Positions 12,665 to 25,755 are shown, counted from the first letter of the stretch. The stretch is 64,000 nt of DNA from Octopus vulgaris (GCA_951406725.2 OX597824.1:46500001-46564000); one strand, 5' to 3'. Notes: generated by a model from the sequence alone, not told the origin. Program-made: numbers and translations.

Positions 12665-12667
<3 letters not shown>
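12455..12667 (+). mobile_element. Dispersed ~220 bp repeat (probable PLE terminus with decayed hammerhead); second copy at ~47468-47675
   Basis: acagaaaaaaggaaaatg.cccttg.atttgaa.actatggaaa...ctgaaaccggtactaaaatgttctc...ttattttagcat is shared by both copies. Confidence 0.7.
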
Positions 12668-12727
<60 letters not shown>

Positions 12728-13011
12728 TTATATGCAGTCACGCACACATATGTGTGTATTATATGATATAACCTGTTATCGATAGTTCACAGTAACCACA
12801 TGTTTCGTGTATATTAATACTAAACAATCATCAAAGGACAAATTTCTAACTACTACTAAAATAACCATCACATATGAGTATGTGAAGTTTCCCGTATCGC
12901 ATGCCGGATAAAAAGGTGTGGTAAGAAGTATAAAATCATTGTGGGTGGGAGGGTGAGGCTATTAAGTGTAGAAGGTTGGAAATAAGGAAGGTATAACACT
13001 TAAACAATTTT

Positions 13012-13190
13012 TGCGCAGGCTTGGCTGTGTGGTAAGAAGCTTACTTCCCAACCACATGGTGCCAGGTTCATTCTCACAGAGGCTATAGTAGAAGACACTT
13101 AGGGAAAGTGTCTTCCTCTATAGCCTCGGGCCGACCAAAGCCTTGTGAATGAATTTGATAGACGTAAACTGAAAGAAGCCAGTCGTAAAT
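13012..13190 (+). mobile_element. SINE family A 5' half
   Basis: gcgcaggcttggctgtgtggtaagaagcttacttcccaaccacatgg...tatagcctcgggccgaccaaagccttgtg. Confidence 0.8.
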
Positions 13191-13344
13191 ATATATATAC
13201 ATACATGAGAGGTGCTGGTATCCAGAAGACCCAAGGAGGCAGGTAAAGCTATGTAAGTGCTATGGAAGGACCGTAGTTAAACTCTCAGTTTGATAATAAT
13301 GCGAGTGAGGATTGTAATGCAAATCTTGTAAGAGCATGTATATG

Positions 13345-13800
13345 TTAAATAAAATGTGACAACGAAGCCAAAATTGTATGGAATTTTCAGGACATCTATA
13401 AGGAGAAAGTTAGTCTTACAGCTGTCTCCACGTCTCCACACTTTCCATTTGTAATGACAAAATGCGAACTCCTATCGGAATTTACATACCATGGACAAGA
13501 AGCATTTCTACCACTTCTACACACCACTTCCCTTGGATAATGGAACTGCAACTATAACATTCTACATATATTTTTATTTTTACTTTTATTCTCTTATTTC
13601 CCTTTATACTTCTTATTTCCATCCTTTTCCAAAATAACTCCTTATATTGAACTATACTATTTCCTTCTATTTAACCATCTTACATCATCTTTGATGAAGG
13701 GATATCCCTAATGTCCTAGAAACAGCTGTAAGACTAACTTTCTCCTTATAAATGTCCTGAAGATTCCACACACCCTTGGCTTTGTTGTCTCATTTTATAT
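13345..13800 (+). mobile_element. PLE-like fold-back fragment with inverted arms and hammerhead motif
   Basis: Arm 13345-13428 is the imperfect reverse complement of 13719-13800. Motif at 13688-13733: TCT-TTGATGA-A-GGGATAT-CCCTA-ATGTCCT-A-GAAA-CAGCTG-TA/AGA. Confidence 0.65.
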
Positions 13801-14459
13801 ATGAGTACTAATTCTTTTAACCATGAGTACCACATACAAGTGAATAAATGCCTGTGTAATTGTAAAAATAAATTTATCTGTCTTTTAGAAAATCAGTGTT
13901 TACGGAAGATTATAGTGTATCAGTTGTAAGGTAATAACAGGTAAGTATTATTACGTAGATTCGTCTGCTACAATTTGGAAATCTAGATGTCACAATCATT
14001 TTCATTCATTTAAGTAGAGAAGTAAAGGTAATTCTCAGTAACTGCATTTGGGAGTAAAAAGATAAGAAATTTAGTATGATTTAAATTGGTCCATTATTGG
14101 TTACACACTATAGTACAATTCTGGTAATTCTACCTTAAGGAAATGTATTATATAATTACTTCTAAATTAATATTATTAAATCATAAAGGTAATTTTACAT
14201 TGAAATATTCTCACAAATATAGAACAGTATTTAGATATTCCAATTCTAAATAACTCATTAATTATAATTGCTTTTTATATGATATAATATGCATAATTTT
14301 TCTAGAAATGTTTAGCATATTTAATTGGTAGATAACTCATTGTCGTGACGTAAAACATCTGTGTCTCATTGTCGTAACATAAAATTCATGTTTATTTTTT
14401 ATTCTTTTGTTATCCACTGACGTCATCGAATGTTAAATACTAAACTAGCTTATCTTAGA

Positions 14460-14850
14460 ACTAGCAGTATCGCCCGGCGTATGCTCGGGTTTGTTTTGAC
14501 TCTTTAGAATTGGAATTTTTGAAAAGTAAAAATTTTGCATTATGTAGCTTGTTATTCTCTTTAAGTGAACATTTTTCTGGTTGAAATACACCGAAAAATG
14601 GCGACACAGCAGTCAAAAAATTGTAAAAAATAGGGATTTTCATAGAAAAAAAGCATCTTTTTGATGTAAATACTTTTTGGTGTTAACATGGTTCGATTTG
14701 AATTTTTTCTTCTACGGAAAGAAGAGAAAGCCTTCTATCATACTCTCAATTTTGGTCAACTTGCGCCGCAGGGTCTCGGAGGAGATAGTGTTAGTTGAAG
14801 GCTATCAAACCTACCATACACAGACAACTTCAGCGTTATATATATAGAGA
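14460..14850 (+). mobile_element. Non-autonomous Helitron/Helentron-like element (Lep1/HINE-type architecture)
   Basis: Starts actagcagtatcgcccggcgtatgctcgggtttg (5' hairpin) and ends cagacaacttcagcgttatatatatagagat. The same termini occur at 34848-35210. Confidence 0.6.
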
Positions 14851-15502
14851 TATTATAGTTCTTCTTAACGTTCTTTCTTTATGCCTTTGTGTACTGAAGA
14901 TGTTTTCTTAGTCCACTTTGAATTGAACCAATTTCGCATTGCTTTGATAACGTTGTGTTAACATTAATTTGACTGATATTTTCGGTATCTAAAAGTGTTG
15001 ATACAACAGAAACGACCGTCGGTATTGTATGGTTTAATCACTAATTAGAGATGGGATTTTCTCCATTCTTATTCTTGTCATACACTCCGAATTTCTTAAA
15101 ATTCTTCTAAACGATATTTGGATTTACATGAGGAATTACCTTGGATGTTTATTCTACTTGCATTTATTAGTGTCTGATTGTTCCATATATATAACCAAAT
15201 TCGTTTATCACTGAGGGCTTTATAGATATTTGCATGGATTTTTAATCCGTTTTACTTCTTATTATATATGTATGTATATATATATATACATATGCATATA
15301 TATACACATATATACATACATATGTATATTCATTTAGATATATCTATCTATCTATATTTTTTGCATAAACATATATTATATATATATGTATATATATATT
15401 TATATATATAATATTAATTCGAGACAAAACCACTATTTTGCAAAACAAACAAGGAAAGACTTAATCAATACATAAAAATTTTTAATATAAAGAAATAAAC
15501 CG

Positions 15503-15545
15503 CCACTACAATCGTTTCATGTCTTCAATGACATTCGTCAGGTGG
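15503..15545 (-). ncRNA. Minimal type I hammerhead ribozyme
   Basis: Reverse complement of the 15598-15640 motif, identical. Confidence 0.8.
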
Positions 15546-15597
15546 ATTTTCGATCTCCTAATCTTCATAAATTAAAACAGATTAGGAGATCGAAAAT

Positions 15598-15640
15598 CCA
15601 CCTGACGAATGTCATTGAAGACATGAAACGATTGTAGTGG
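15598..15640 (+). ncRNA. Minimal type I hammerhead ribozyme
   Basis: CCAC-CTGACGA-ATGTC-attgaa-GACAT-GAAA-CGATTG-TA/GTGG. Stem I 4 bp, stem II 5 bp, full core, GUA triplet. Confidence 0.85.
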
Positions 15641-15855
15641 CGGTTTATTTCTTTATATTAAAAATTTTTATGTATTGATTAAGTCTTTCCTTGTTTGTTT
15701 TGCAAAATAGTCTCGAATTAATATTATATAATATTTTACTATAAAATTGGATTTAATCCTAAATCTGATTTTTTCCCTGTAAATTTGGATTTATTCCCTA
15801 ATATTTATTATATTTATATATATATATATACATATATATTATATGTGTATATATG

Positions 15856-15931
<76 letters not shown>

Positions 15932-16042
15932 CATACATACACACACATTATATACATGTATGTATATAAACGTCACACATATCTATGAGTGTGTATATAT
16001 ACATATATATGCATATATATCTATATATATATGTGTATATAC

Positions 16043-16096
<54 letters not shown>

Positions 16097-16751
16097 TGTA
16101 TATATATATATATAAATATATACAGATATATAAATATACATATGCATATATATGTGTATATATATGTATGTATATATATATGTGTGTGAATACATATATA
16201 TGTGTATATATGTATGTATATATACACACACATATACACAGTGAAAAGAGTTACAGTGATTGAAAAAAAAGAATAGCGCATGCTTCGAAGTAGATACTCA
16301 GAGCAAGTAACTTTAGGTATAGCTTTGTGTTTGCCTAGCAAGGCAAGAGCAAATAAAGAAAAAAAGAAGACTGGCTCGTTTAGTTCATAAGTTAACGAAT
16401 ACAACTGAGCAACAACAATAACAACGAACAGCGAAAGAAACTGTGCTATTTAATATTAATTATAAACAAGTATTAGGTCGTGTGGGTGAAAAACAGTGGC
16501 ATAACACGGCACACGTAAGAAATGGCGCTTTACCGTAATATGCTTGTACGTCGGACCGGACATTGCTGTGGCTAAATATAATTGCCGTTTAGTTGTAGAA
16601 AAGACAAGTAGAAGAAGAGGAAGAAGAGTAGGAGGAAAGCACTACTCTCTCAAAGTTTTCGATGGGTCAGCTAGAAAAGATAACGAAATATAAAAGAAGA
16701 ATTGATCTGGTTCTTGTTTTCATATATGTATATAAATATATGTAAATATAC

Positions 16752-16782
<31 letters not shown>

Positions 16783-16997
16783 TGTGTGTGTGTGTGTGCC
16801 CGTGTCAATAGATATTTATGAATGTAGATTTATATCTAAATGTGTGTATGCTCGCGTATATGTATATGTATCTATATGCAAGTATGTTTGTACGCTTATA
16901 TGTTTGCTTCAAGGTATGCTATTCCAAAAATGAATTATTTCACGTTCTCTCGTGTATAAACTTCTCATAACGTCAACAGTGTAATATGTATATGTAC

Positions 16998-17054
<57 letters not shown>

Positions 17055-17595
17055 GTGTGTGTGTGTGTGTGTGTGTATTTATTCCTAGATATGATTGTAT
17101 TTATGTGTGTATGTAGCGTACTTGCGCGTGTATAATACGAGAAGCTTAATACTGTATAGAACATCGAGGTAAAAAGTAGTGTGATTGGAAAAGTAAAGAG
17201 TATACTCTTATATAATTAAACGCAAGATGTGACCTGTCGGTTCTGCTGTTGGAGGAAAAGTAAAACAAACAGAGTGAGAGTGAGTGACAGTCAGAGACAC
17301 TAAATGTGGGTGAACTGTTGTGAGAAGTTTTACTCTAAAATCGCTGTACACGTTTTTATCGTAAATAATATTTATAATAATTTCACACACACACACACAT
17401 ACTCACACATGCATGCACTCACACATATACACACACATTCACGCACACACGTACCACACACACATAATACATATATATATATATACACACACACAAATAT
17501 ATATAATTATGCATATACGGGTATAGGACGTCATCAACGGTGCAAATAACATGAAATACATAAACAACGCGGCGCATCCATCCATACATACATAT

Positions 17596-17627
<32 letters not shown>

Positions 17628-17729
17628 TTTCATTTTGCAAGATTCTTGATGTGAATTCGTGTGTTGAAACAGATATTGTTGTATTTGGGGAGTTCATTGG
17701 CTAAACTGGCAACATGACCGTCCCCCAAT

Positions 17730-17768
<39 letters not shown>

Positions 17769-19364
17769 CTTTTGGGGTTGGAGAAGAACATATAAATGCA
17801 TGTCTTTTCTGTAAATTTGAGGCGTCACGCTTCTCTGAGAAACCATGTAGACTACTGATTATGCTAGCAAGTTATTAAGCCTGTATATATTTAGATTTAC
17901 TTTTTTTTCTGGAAAAGCATGTTGTGTCTAATTCGTGTTAATTGGGCTTCGTACTGACTGCTGAAACGAAAATGTATTTTCATTCAACCATAAGCTAATA
18001 ACCACTTATCCATCCACCCTTTCCACCCACTCATCTGAACGCTACACCCAGAAGTAGGAGATAACGAGTAAAGAGAAGACAAAACATTTTCATCTTTGAC
18101 TTAGTACTTTTAAAGTTCAGACTGTATATTCGTACATTACGGATATTTAGGGACAGTAAAACTACATCAAAACGACTGTGAGCGAAACCATTTCACACAA
18201 AGCAACCTCTTTCAAGAAAGGCTGCAATAACCCGATTAATTAGCCAATCAAGTACATTACGGCTTTTTAGTTACTAACAGTCAGAAGTTAGTTTTAATGA
18301 TTTAGAGAACTTTGATAATTTTCAGGGCCTCCGTCATTGGTAAAAAGAAGGAAGTGAGCTAGAGCCAAATCAGAGACTTGGTTAAAATGCTTGCAAAAGA
18401 ACGAACTCCTCTAATAGCATCTATGGCCCATATGGAGAGGTTAAACCGAACAAGAATGCAGTCTCTTGGACGGATTTCTACGCAGTTTCCGTCTACCGAA
18501 ATCCACTCACAATGCTTTTGACGATCCGCGACCACGGAAGAAGACACTTTCTCAAGGTGCTGTACAGTGGAGTAGAAGGTGAAATATAGCGCATTTCATA
18601 TCTTTACAACCTTGATACGTTATTTTAGCGATCCAAGAAAGGAAACTGAAAAGAACGTTAAATTCGTAACGTGGAAGGAGAAAGTAGATATAAAATACAA
18701 TTATAAACAATTATATATCATACATATTAGTAATTACCTCTTTCATATTGAAATATATCTAAATATTGATTTCCAACGTTTCTAGGAGGTTACATATCTT
18801 TGAGAAATATCATTCTCTATTTTAGTGGTTCTTATTTTATAGACCAAGGGAAAGTGAAAAGAAATTATTGAAAGTGAAGGTACGTAACTGAGGGGAAAAG
18901 GAAAATAGGAAAAAAAGAAGAGTAGAAGTAAAAAGAAATGAAGGAAGTAAAGTTATAGGAAAACAGGAGAAGAGATGGAAATTGATGGTATAAAGGAGAG
19001 GGTGCAAGAAGAAGAGGAAGAATAGAAGGAAGACTTCAAGAAAGACGAAGATGAGGAAGAAAACAGAGGAGGAAGAGGTGTATGAGGAAAAGAGAAGCCA
19101 TCACTTTGTTCTGCATGAGGATGTTTATGTCTCTTTGGTGTAGACATGAGCTTCACAGCTTGCAATATTACTCTTTGAACTCTTGACTTCGAACGCAAAC
19201 ATAATAGGAACAGCTCTAGAGGGTTAAATTATTGGTCTGACGGAAAGATTAGTTCGGAATTAAGATTCAGTAGAGTAAAGAAACAAATTGCAATAGTAGA
19301 ATCTTCGGAATAAGCCAGTTTCCATAAGGGAAAATAAACAAACGTCCACTGAAGATATATCTTT

Positions 19365-19575
19365 TATCTTTTACTTTTTTCAGTCATTACACTGCAGCCA
19401 TGCAGGGAACCGCCATTACTTATATTTTTAGTTGATTGACCCCAGTACTTACATTTTTAAAGCCTGATACTTATTCTATCGGTCTCTTTTGCCAAACCGC
19501 TAAATAATGGGAACGTAAACACACCAACCCCGGTTGCTAAGTAGTGGTATGGGGAACAAACAGACACAGACAATT
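19365..19575 (-). mobile_element. SINE family A 3' part
   Basis: cagtcattacactgcagccatgc...tacttattctatcggtctcttttgccaaaccgctaa...gtaaacacaccaacc. Confidence 0.75.
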
Positions 19576-21162
19576 TGTCCGGCCCGCCGACGTATGCTGA
19601 AAAAAAAAACATGCTTTTATACTGCTTCTTACACTTCTTAGATTATGCATGTCGTATGTATACTGAGTCAGTCACGTCACGCACTATGTATTTCACGCGC
19701 CATAATAATTACTACAGTACATCACGTGTGTCTCGGGCTAGTCAGTTATTAGTGATTACAATTAAAACGAGAATATCTGACACTGAGGCTTAAGACTGTT
19801 TTTGTTTTTTCTTCAACTATCGTTATGGCTACAAAGAAGAGAAAGGTTGATGATGAATACCGCAATTTCAATAAAGAACGGGGGAGAAAAGTACTTCTTT
19901 GTGGAAACAAACGACCAGAAAGCTAGTTGCCTGATATGCAACGAAAGTGTTGTTGTTATGAAAGAGTACAATATTCGTCGTCACTACGAAGCAAAACATC
20001 ATCTCAACACATTCTAAATATTCTGAAAAATTGCGGTCCGAGAAATTTGAATCTACGAAACGTAGTTTGGAATCTCAAAGGAATTTATTTACAAAAAAGT
20101 TTGTTGAAAATGAATCTATCACTCGTGTAAGTTGCAAAGTAGTGAATAAGTTGGCAGAGCGATGAAAACCATTTACTGACGTAAACTTTATAAAAAAGTG
20201 CATGATGGAAGCAGCAAATGACTTGTGCCGTGAAAAAGCTAACATGTTTGGCTGTATCAGCCTTTCAGCAAGTTCACTTGAGCGGACAATAGAAGAAATT
20301 GGAGAGAATATACCGTTATAGGTACATGAGAAAGCTAAGAAATTTTTGTGGTATTCTCTTGCAGGATCTCTCTAATACAGAATTATAACGGCTTTTCGGG
20401 GAAAGCTATCATTGTTTGAAGCACAACTTGAAGGAGGAAACTTTTCTATTTTCAATGTTTTCAAGGGTTTTGCACAGAAAATCTGGAACATGTTAACCTC
20501 GAGTTTTAGAAAAAAATTATTCGGGTCTTAAATAAGCATTTTTCTCAAAGATTTTCAGAGCTTGACAGAATTGAGATTGAAATTCTTTTGTTTGAGAATC
20601 CCTTTGGCTGTTATCTTGATAACATGCCGACTGAACTACAGCTGGAGCTGATTGACATGCAAGCTAATACCTTGTTGATAGAGAAGCACAGAGAAGGAAA
20701 ACTCATTGAATTTTATCGCTGCTTACCTGCTGATGAGTTTTCAAAATTGAAAAAAAATTGCCTCAGATATGGCATCAGTGTTTGGAACAACTTATGTCTG
20801 TGAGCAAACTTTTTCAAAACTGAAGTGTGTGAAGTCAATACATCTAACAAGGCTCACTGAGGAACGATTTGAAAGTAATTCTTATAGTTGGCTGCTTACT
20901 TTTTATGCAATTCAGCTATGTGCGCACTTATTCTAAAAATTCTAACTTGACAATATTTTGGTATTATTAAAATATGTTTATTATTTTTATTATTTTGTGT
21001 ATTTTATGTATTGATAAATAAATAGGATGACTGTCTTTATTATTTGCGTACATTCAGTGTATTCTATATTGTACTGAATTCAACAAAATATTTATCCGGC
21101 CCCCGCTTGGCATTCTTTTAGCTATATCTGGCTCACTATCAAAAAGAGTTTGGTGACCCCTG
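19576..21162 (+). mobile_element. Decayed hAT DNA transposon (SPIN/Charlie/GTF2IRD2-like transposase pseudogene)
   Basis: From ATG 19825, with frameshifts: MATKKRKVDDEYRNFNKE.GEKYFFVETNDQKASCLICNESVVVMKEYNIRRHYEAKH..KPFTD..FIKKCM..ENPF..ELQLELID..SVFGTTYVCEQTFSKLK. Right TIR agtttggtgacccctg ends at 21162. Subterminal ccggccc motifs. Confidence 0.88.
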
Positions 21163-21838
21163 AATTAAATAACAAAAAATCGAGAGATGAATGACAGTCG
21201 TATCTCATTAGTCACACTGCACTGTTTCCTCTGAGTCCTCGACATAGAAACTTAACTGTTATCGTAGCTCAATCGGCCAAACCATATATAGACGTGACTA
21301 ATTTACATAAGGTTCTCAAGCACACTCAGCGAGGAGGACTTTAACATACGCACGTCGTCATTTCAGTCTTGTAACGTTTTAGAAGACAGATGTTGTTCAG
21401 AGTAGATTTTGTTCCAAGCAACACACACTGATTCCACTTATAATAAGCCATCTGGCAAACACAAAACATAATTGAAGAGATATAAAAAAAAAACACACAC
21501 ACACACACTACAAATACAACCGCAGCAAATATCTTAAATATTAACCACCCAAGCTACATGTTAGTATCTGTTAATTGAAACATACGATACGAATTAAGCG
21601 TATTGTGGGATTCATTTGCACAATTTGAGAGAGAGAAAGCTTGATGCCGCTGTCTGACGGAACTAAGAAAACTGTAGAAAGAATCGAATACATGTTATAA
21701 ATCATTCTGCGCATCGACATTGTGGCTGATAATTTCAGCTGATTTAGGAAAATATTACTGAATTATATATGCGAGTGATTGTATGTATGTATGTATGTAT
21801 GTATGTATGTATGTATATATATATATATACATATTATA

Positions 21839-21894
<56 letters not shown>

Positions 21895-21906
21895 TGTGTG
21901 CGTGTG

Positions 21907-22205
21907 TGGAGCGCAATGGCCCAGTGGTTAGGTCAGCGGACTCGCTGTTTCGATTCCCAGATCAGGCACTGTGAGTGTTTATTCAGCGAAACCACATAAA
22001 TCTCCACGAGGATCCGACAGGGGTTGGTGGCGAACCCAGCTGTATTCTTTCACCACTACTTTCTCTCACTCTTTCTTCCTGTTTCTGCTGTACCTGTATT
22101 TCAAAGGGCCAGCCTTGTCACACTCTGTGCCACGCTGAAACTCCCCGAGAACTACATTAAGGGTACACGTGGACCCTCGTCGTCGCAGCCGACGGAGTGC
22201 CACAA
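21907..22205 (+). mobile_element. tRNA-derived SINE family C
   Basis: ggagcgcaatggcccagtggttagg..tttcgattcccag...gacggagtgccaca. Confidence 0.88.
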
Positions 22206-23884
22206 CGGGATACATTGGCTGCTATTTTTAGCGTGTCGAGCAACCAGGTAGAGGCTCTTTCCTTGGTTTGATTGCGTGATGAGATTTCTTTTACACATAT
22301 GTATAATATGCATATATATCATTGTCAGAAGTTAGAGAGTAAGTCAAAAGTTGAGAGTTTCGTGTATTGGCACTTATCAAACACGAATTTGTTCATTGTC
22401 ACTCTGTAACTTGTGAGGAAATAATTTCTAAAATACAAAATTTTGTCAAAAACGTTAAGACACAGTTGTATGTGACACATTGTACCAGTATCGGAAGTTT
22501 CAAAGTGTTCCGTTAAAAAAAAAAAATTAAATAATCTGTACATCAAATTGAATAGATCCAAAATGGACAAAAGGAAAAGTCGAACTCGGCGGAATTTGAA
22601 TTCAAATATTTAAACACAGGTGAAATACCGCTAAGAATTTCACCCGGCGTGCTAACGTTTCTGGTAGCATGCCGCTTCAGGACGGAAACTTTCATGTTAG
22701 CAATATATTCTTTATTCTTATTGCTAAGCGTTACTTCCTTACTCTCTTACTTACTGACACGAAATTTCGTGGCATTTCACCCCATAACCTTTCTTCTACT
22801 AACTTTTGTTCAATACGACTAACGACTCTGAATTCCTCATACATTTTTTCTATCATTTAAGCCTAAGAAAAGTATACTTTTATTTTAAAATTAAAAAGTT
22901 TATGTTAATTGAAGGTGAATAGGTGCCTTACTGCTCCACTTGAGGTCGCAGATATTTTGATGTAACTTTTTTTCTACTGAACCCAATCTCAAACTATTTA
23001 TGCCAAAGTGTAGCTGAGAAGATGTCCTCTTTAAAACTATTAACAGTTTGCAATTTAGTTGAGAACTGAATTAGTGGTGAAGTTTGGAAACTGCTGCGAA
23101 TGACGAAATGGTGGCCTTAAGAATATAGTAATAATATTCACCCACACACACACACATACATTCGACTAAAATTCTTCATAGCGGTGCCCCAGCATGGCCG
23201 CACTCTAATGACTGAAACAAAGAAAGGAACGAGAGAGAGAGAGAGAAAGAGAGGGAGAGATACACGGTGAGAGATCGAGAGAGACTCATATGCGCAATTT
23301 ATATTATACATTTATACATTCATAGAATGGCAAATTTCCAACTGAAACATGTCAGTATATGAATAAATGGATAAAAGAACGCGTTTGTAATTTTCGTTGA
23401 AGAGAAATCGTTTGGCTCAACGTAGTACAATATAAAAAAATATAAATAGTATAAAGGCGATTTGTTGGGCGTAGGAGATATTCTGTGTCAGCCTAACACA
23501 ACACCTCCGCTTTTCACATTTTAAGAATTCTTTACACCCAGACGCTTGGCTCACTGGAAGAGCACCAGTTTAGGAATCTTGTGTTGTAAGATTGTCTATC
23601 TGTCTCTGTCTCTCCCTGTCTATCTGTCTCTCCCTCTCCCTCTCCTTCACTCTCTTTCGCTCGCTCACTTTCTTCTTTAATTGCTCACCAATTAAATTCA
23701 GTTGAAAATTGAACATGTGGGTACAGTTTACCACCTGACGAAGTAAAACATCTATTAGGCTGGAATGTTGAACAAACAATATTAACGTTTTGTATGATGT
23801 ATTGGTAGATTTATATTCGTATATCTGTACATATGCTAGTACGTACGTATGTATGTATGTATCTATCTATCTACTTACCTCTCT

Positions 23885-23942
<58 letters not shown>

Positions 23943-24429
23943 AATTTACAATAATTAAACTCTGTTTTTGAATTGAGTACCGTTATCTAAACTATAGACT
24001 TCAACTGATTTATCAACATTGGATCCTTCCTTGAATATCACTTGATCGAGCTCTCTGTCATATATTTGAATCATATAGCGGTGAATTACCGTGATTACAA
24101 CAGTCCTGTATAATTTGATCTTCGTTTGTATTTTATTGTTCAGTTCTTTGAAAATACTCGCTCAGATCTACAGTTGTGTCTGAGTAACGTTGCGGAATGA
24201 CCAGAACAGCTCAATATGTGGGAGAACTACTATGTAAAAAGCCTTCCCGTTTCTTACCTTCCTACAGAAGAACTACGCCCAATATAAAGAAACCAAACTG
24301 ATCTATATTGTATTTTGATAGATATACATTGATCTCTCTCTTTCTCTCTCTAGAGGGAAGGTTCAAATAATTGAGCCACCTCGGCCCTCTATTCATGTCT
24401 GTCCTTTACTAGTTGACACAGTTATGAAA

Positions 24430-24900
24430 AACTTCTGCCACTAGCTGTTTTGATAACACTAAATCTGGTTTTATGTCTTCCTCTTGTTCTTTTGTCATAT
24501 GCCGCACCTGTTAACAGAAACTTGTCAATGTCTTGTCTTCTAGTTATATAACTGGTGATGGTCATTCTCTTTTTATGATAGTATCTAACCGTCTTTTCTG
24601 GCACCTTATCTTGCGAAGAACCCGCTCATTAGTTCTTTTATCCGTTCAGCTAGTTCTGAGAATGCGTCTAAAACACCATTGTTTAAATGCTTCTATTTTC
24701 CATTTTCAATTTTCTTTATATTCCAGTTTTCAGTTTCATAGGTGACTATGTTAACTATCAATGAATTGAGAAATTATTTTTATTTTTGTTCAGTGATATA
24801 ATAGCATTCTTGGCTTATTCCCCCTTAATTCTGTCTATAAACGGGGACTCCCTTTCTGAGAGTCCAACATTTTTAAAAGTTATACTATCACTACCATCGC
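24430..24900 (-). mobile_element. RTE-clade LINE ORF C-terminal relic
   Basis: Minus strand, with frameshifts: EAFKQWCFRRILRTS*TDKRTNERVLRKI..KRRLDTIIKR..YDKRTRGRHK. Matches the RTE pattern 'EMW.YRRILRISW..K.TNEEVL..GKR.RGR'. Confidence 0.65.
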
Positions 24901-25049
24901 CTCAGCATCAAACAGTAACAACAATAATCATAGTAACAACATGCCAAACGGAAAGAAAAACAGCAAACTGTCAAACACAGCACCACTACCGCAGTTAGTC
25001 TCAGTGGCGGCAATAACAGCAACAGCAACAAGAAAAACAACACTGAGAT

Positions 25050-25207
25050 ACCACCACCACCACCACCACCACTGCTACCACCACCACCACTGCCACCACC
25101 ACTGCCACCACCACTGCCACCACCACCACTGCCACCACCACTGCCACCACCACCACCACCACCACCACCACCACCACTGCTACCACCACCACCACTGCCA
25201 CCACCAG
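25050..25207. repeat. (CCA)n/(CCACTG) trinucleotide repeat
   Basis: Directly visible. Confidence 0.95.
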
Positions 25208-25360
25208 TACAGTTAGTGGTGACAGTAGCAATAACAACAATTGTAATGACAAGTCAAGTAAAACAGTTTATGATAATAATGTAAGTACCATCATCGCCGC
25301 CACCACCACCACCACCGCTACCGTCACTGCTACCACTTGTCAGGAACAACCTCTTTAATT

Positions 25361-25755
25361 CTTTAACTTGTTTCAGTCATGTGACTGTGGCCATGCTGGA
25401 ACACCGCCTTTAGTCGAGCAAATCGACCCCAGGACCTATTCTTTGTAAGCCTAGTACTTATTCTATCGGTCTCTTTTGCCGAACCGCTAAGTTACGGGGA
25501 CGTAAACACACCAGCATCGGTTGTCAAGTGATGTTGCGGGGACAAACACAGACATACAAACATACACACACATACATTTATATATATACATATATACGAC
25601 GGGCTTCTTTCAGTTTCCGTCAACCAAATCCACTCACAAGGCTTTGGTCGACCCGAGGCTATAGTAGAAGTCACTTTCTCAAGGTGCCACGCAGTGGGGC
25701 TAAACCAGGAACCATGTGGTTCGTAAGCAAGCTACTTACCACACTGCCACTCCTA
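25361..25755 (-). mobile_element. SINE family A, near full length
   Basis: ttgtttcagtcatgtgactgtggccatgctgg...cgacgggcttctttcagtttccgtc...gcaagctacttaccacac. Confidence 0.9.

Larger units (their letters stand above)
15405..15815. mobile_element. Near-perfect fold-back element (about 155 bp arms) with a hammerhead on each strand, in a (TA)n-rich tract
   Basis: 15405-15564 is the reverse complement of 15579-15730 except for an ~8 nt indel. Spacer 14 nt. The right arm carries an extra ~85 nt tail. Confidence 0.85.

Noticed and set aside
13881-13946. Plus-strand mini-exon (ttttag|...cag|gtaagt)
   Set aside because: Stops in all three frames and no partner exons. Could be chance or non-coding.
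20730-20760. CTGATGA...GAAA motif
   Set aside because: Lies inside hAT transposase coding sequence with no stems I or III. Coincidental.
24941-25252. Poly-His/poly-Val ORFs
   Set aside because: Translations of a (CCA)n repeat.
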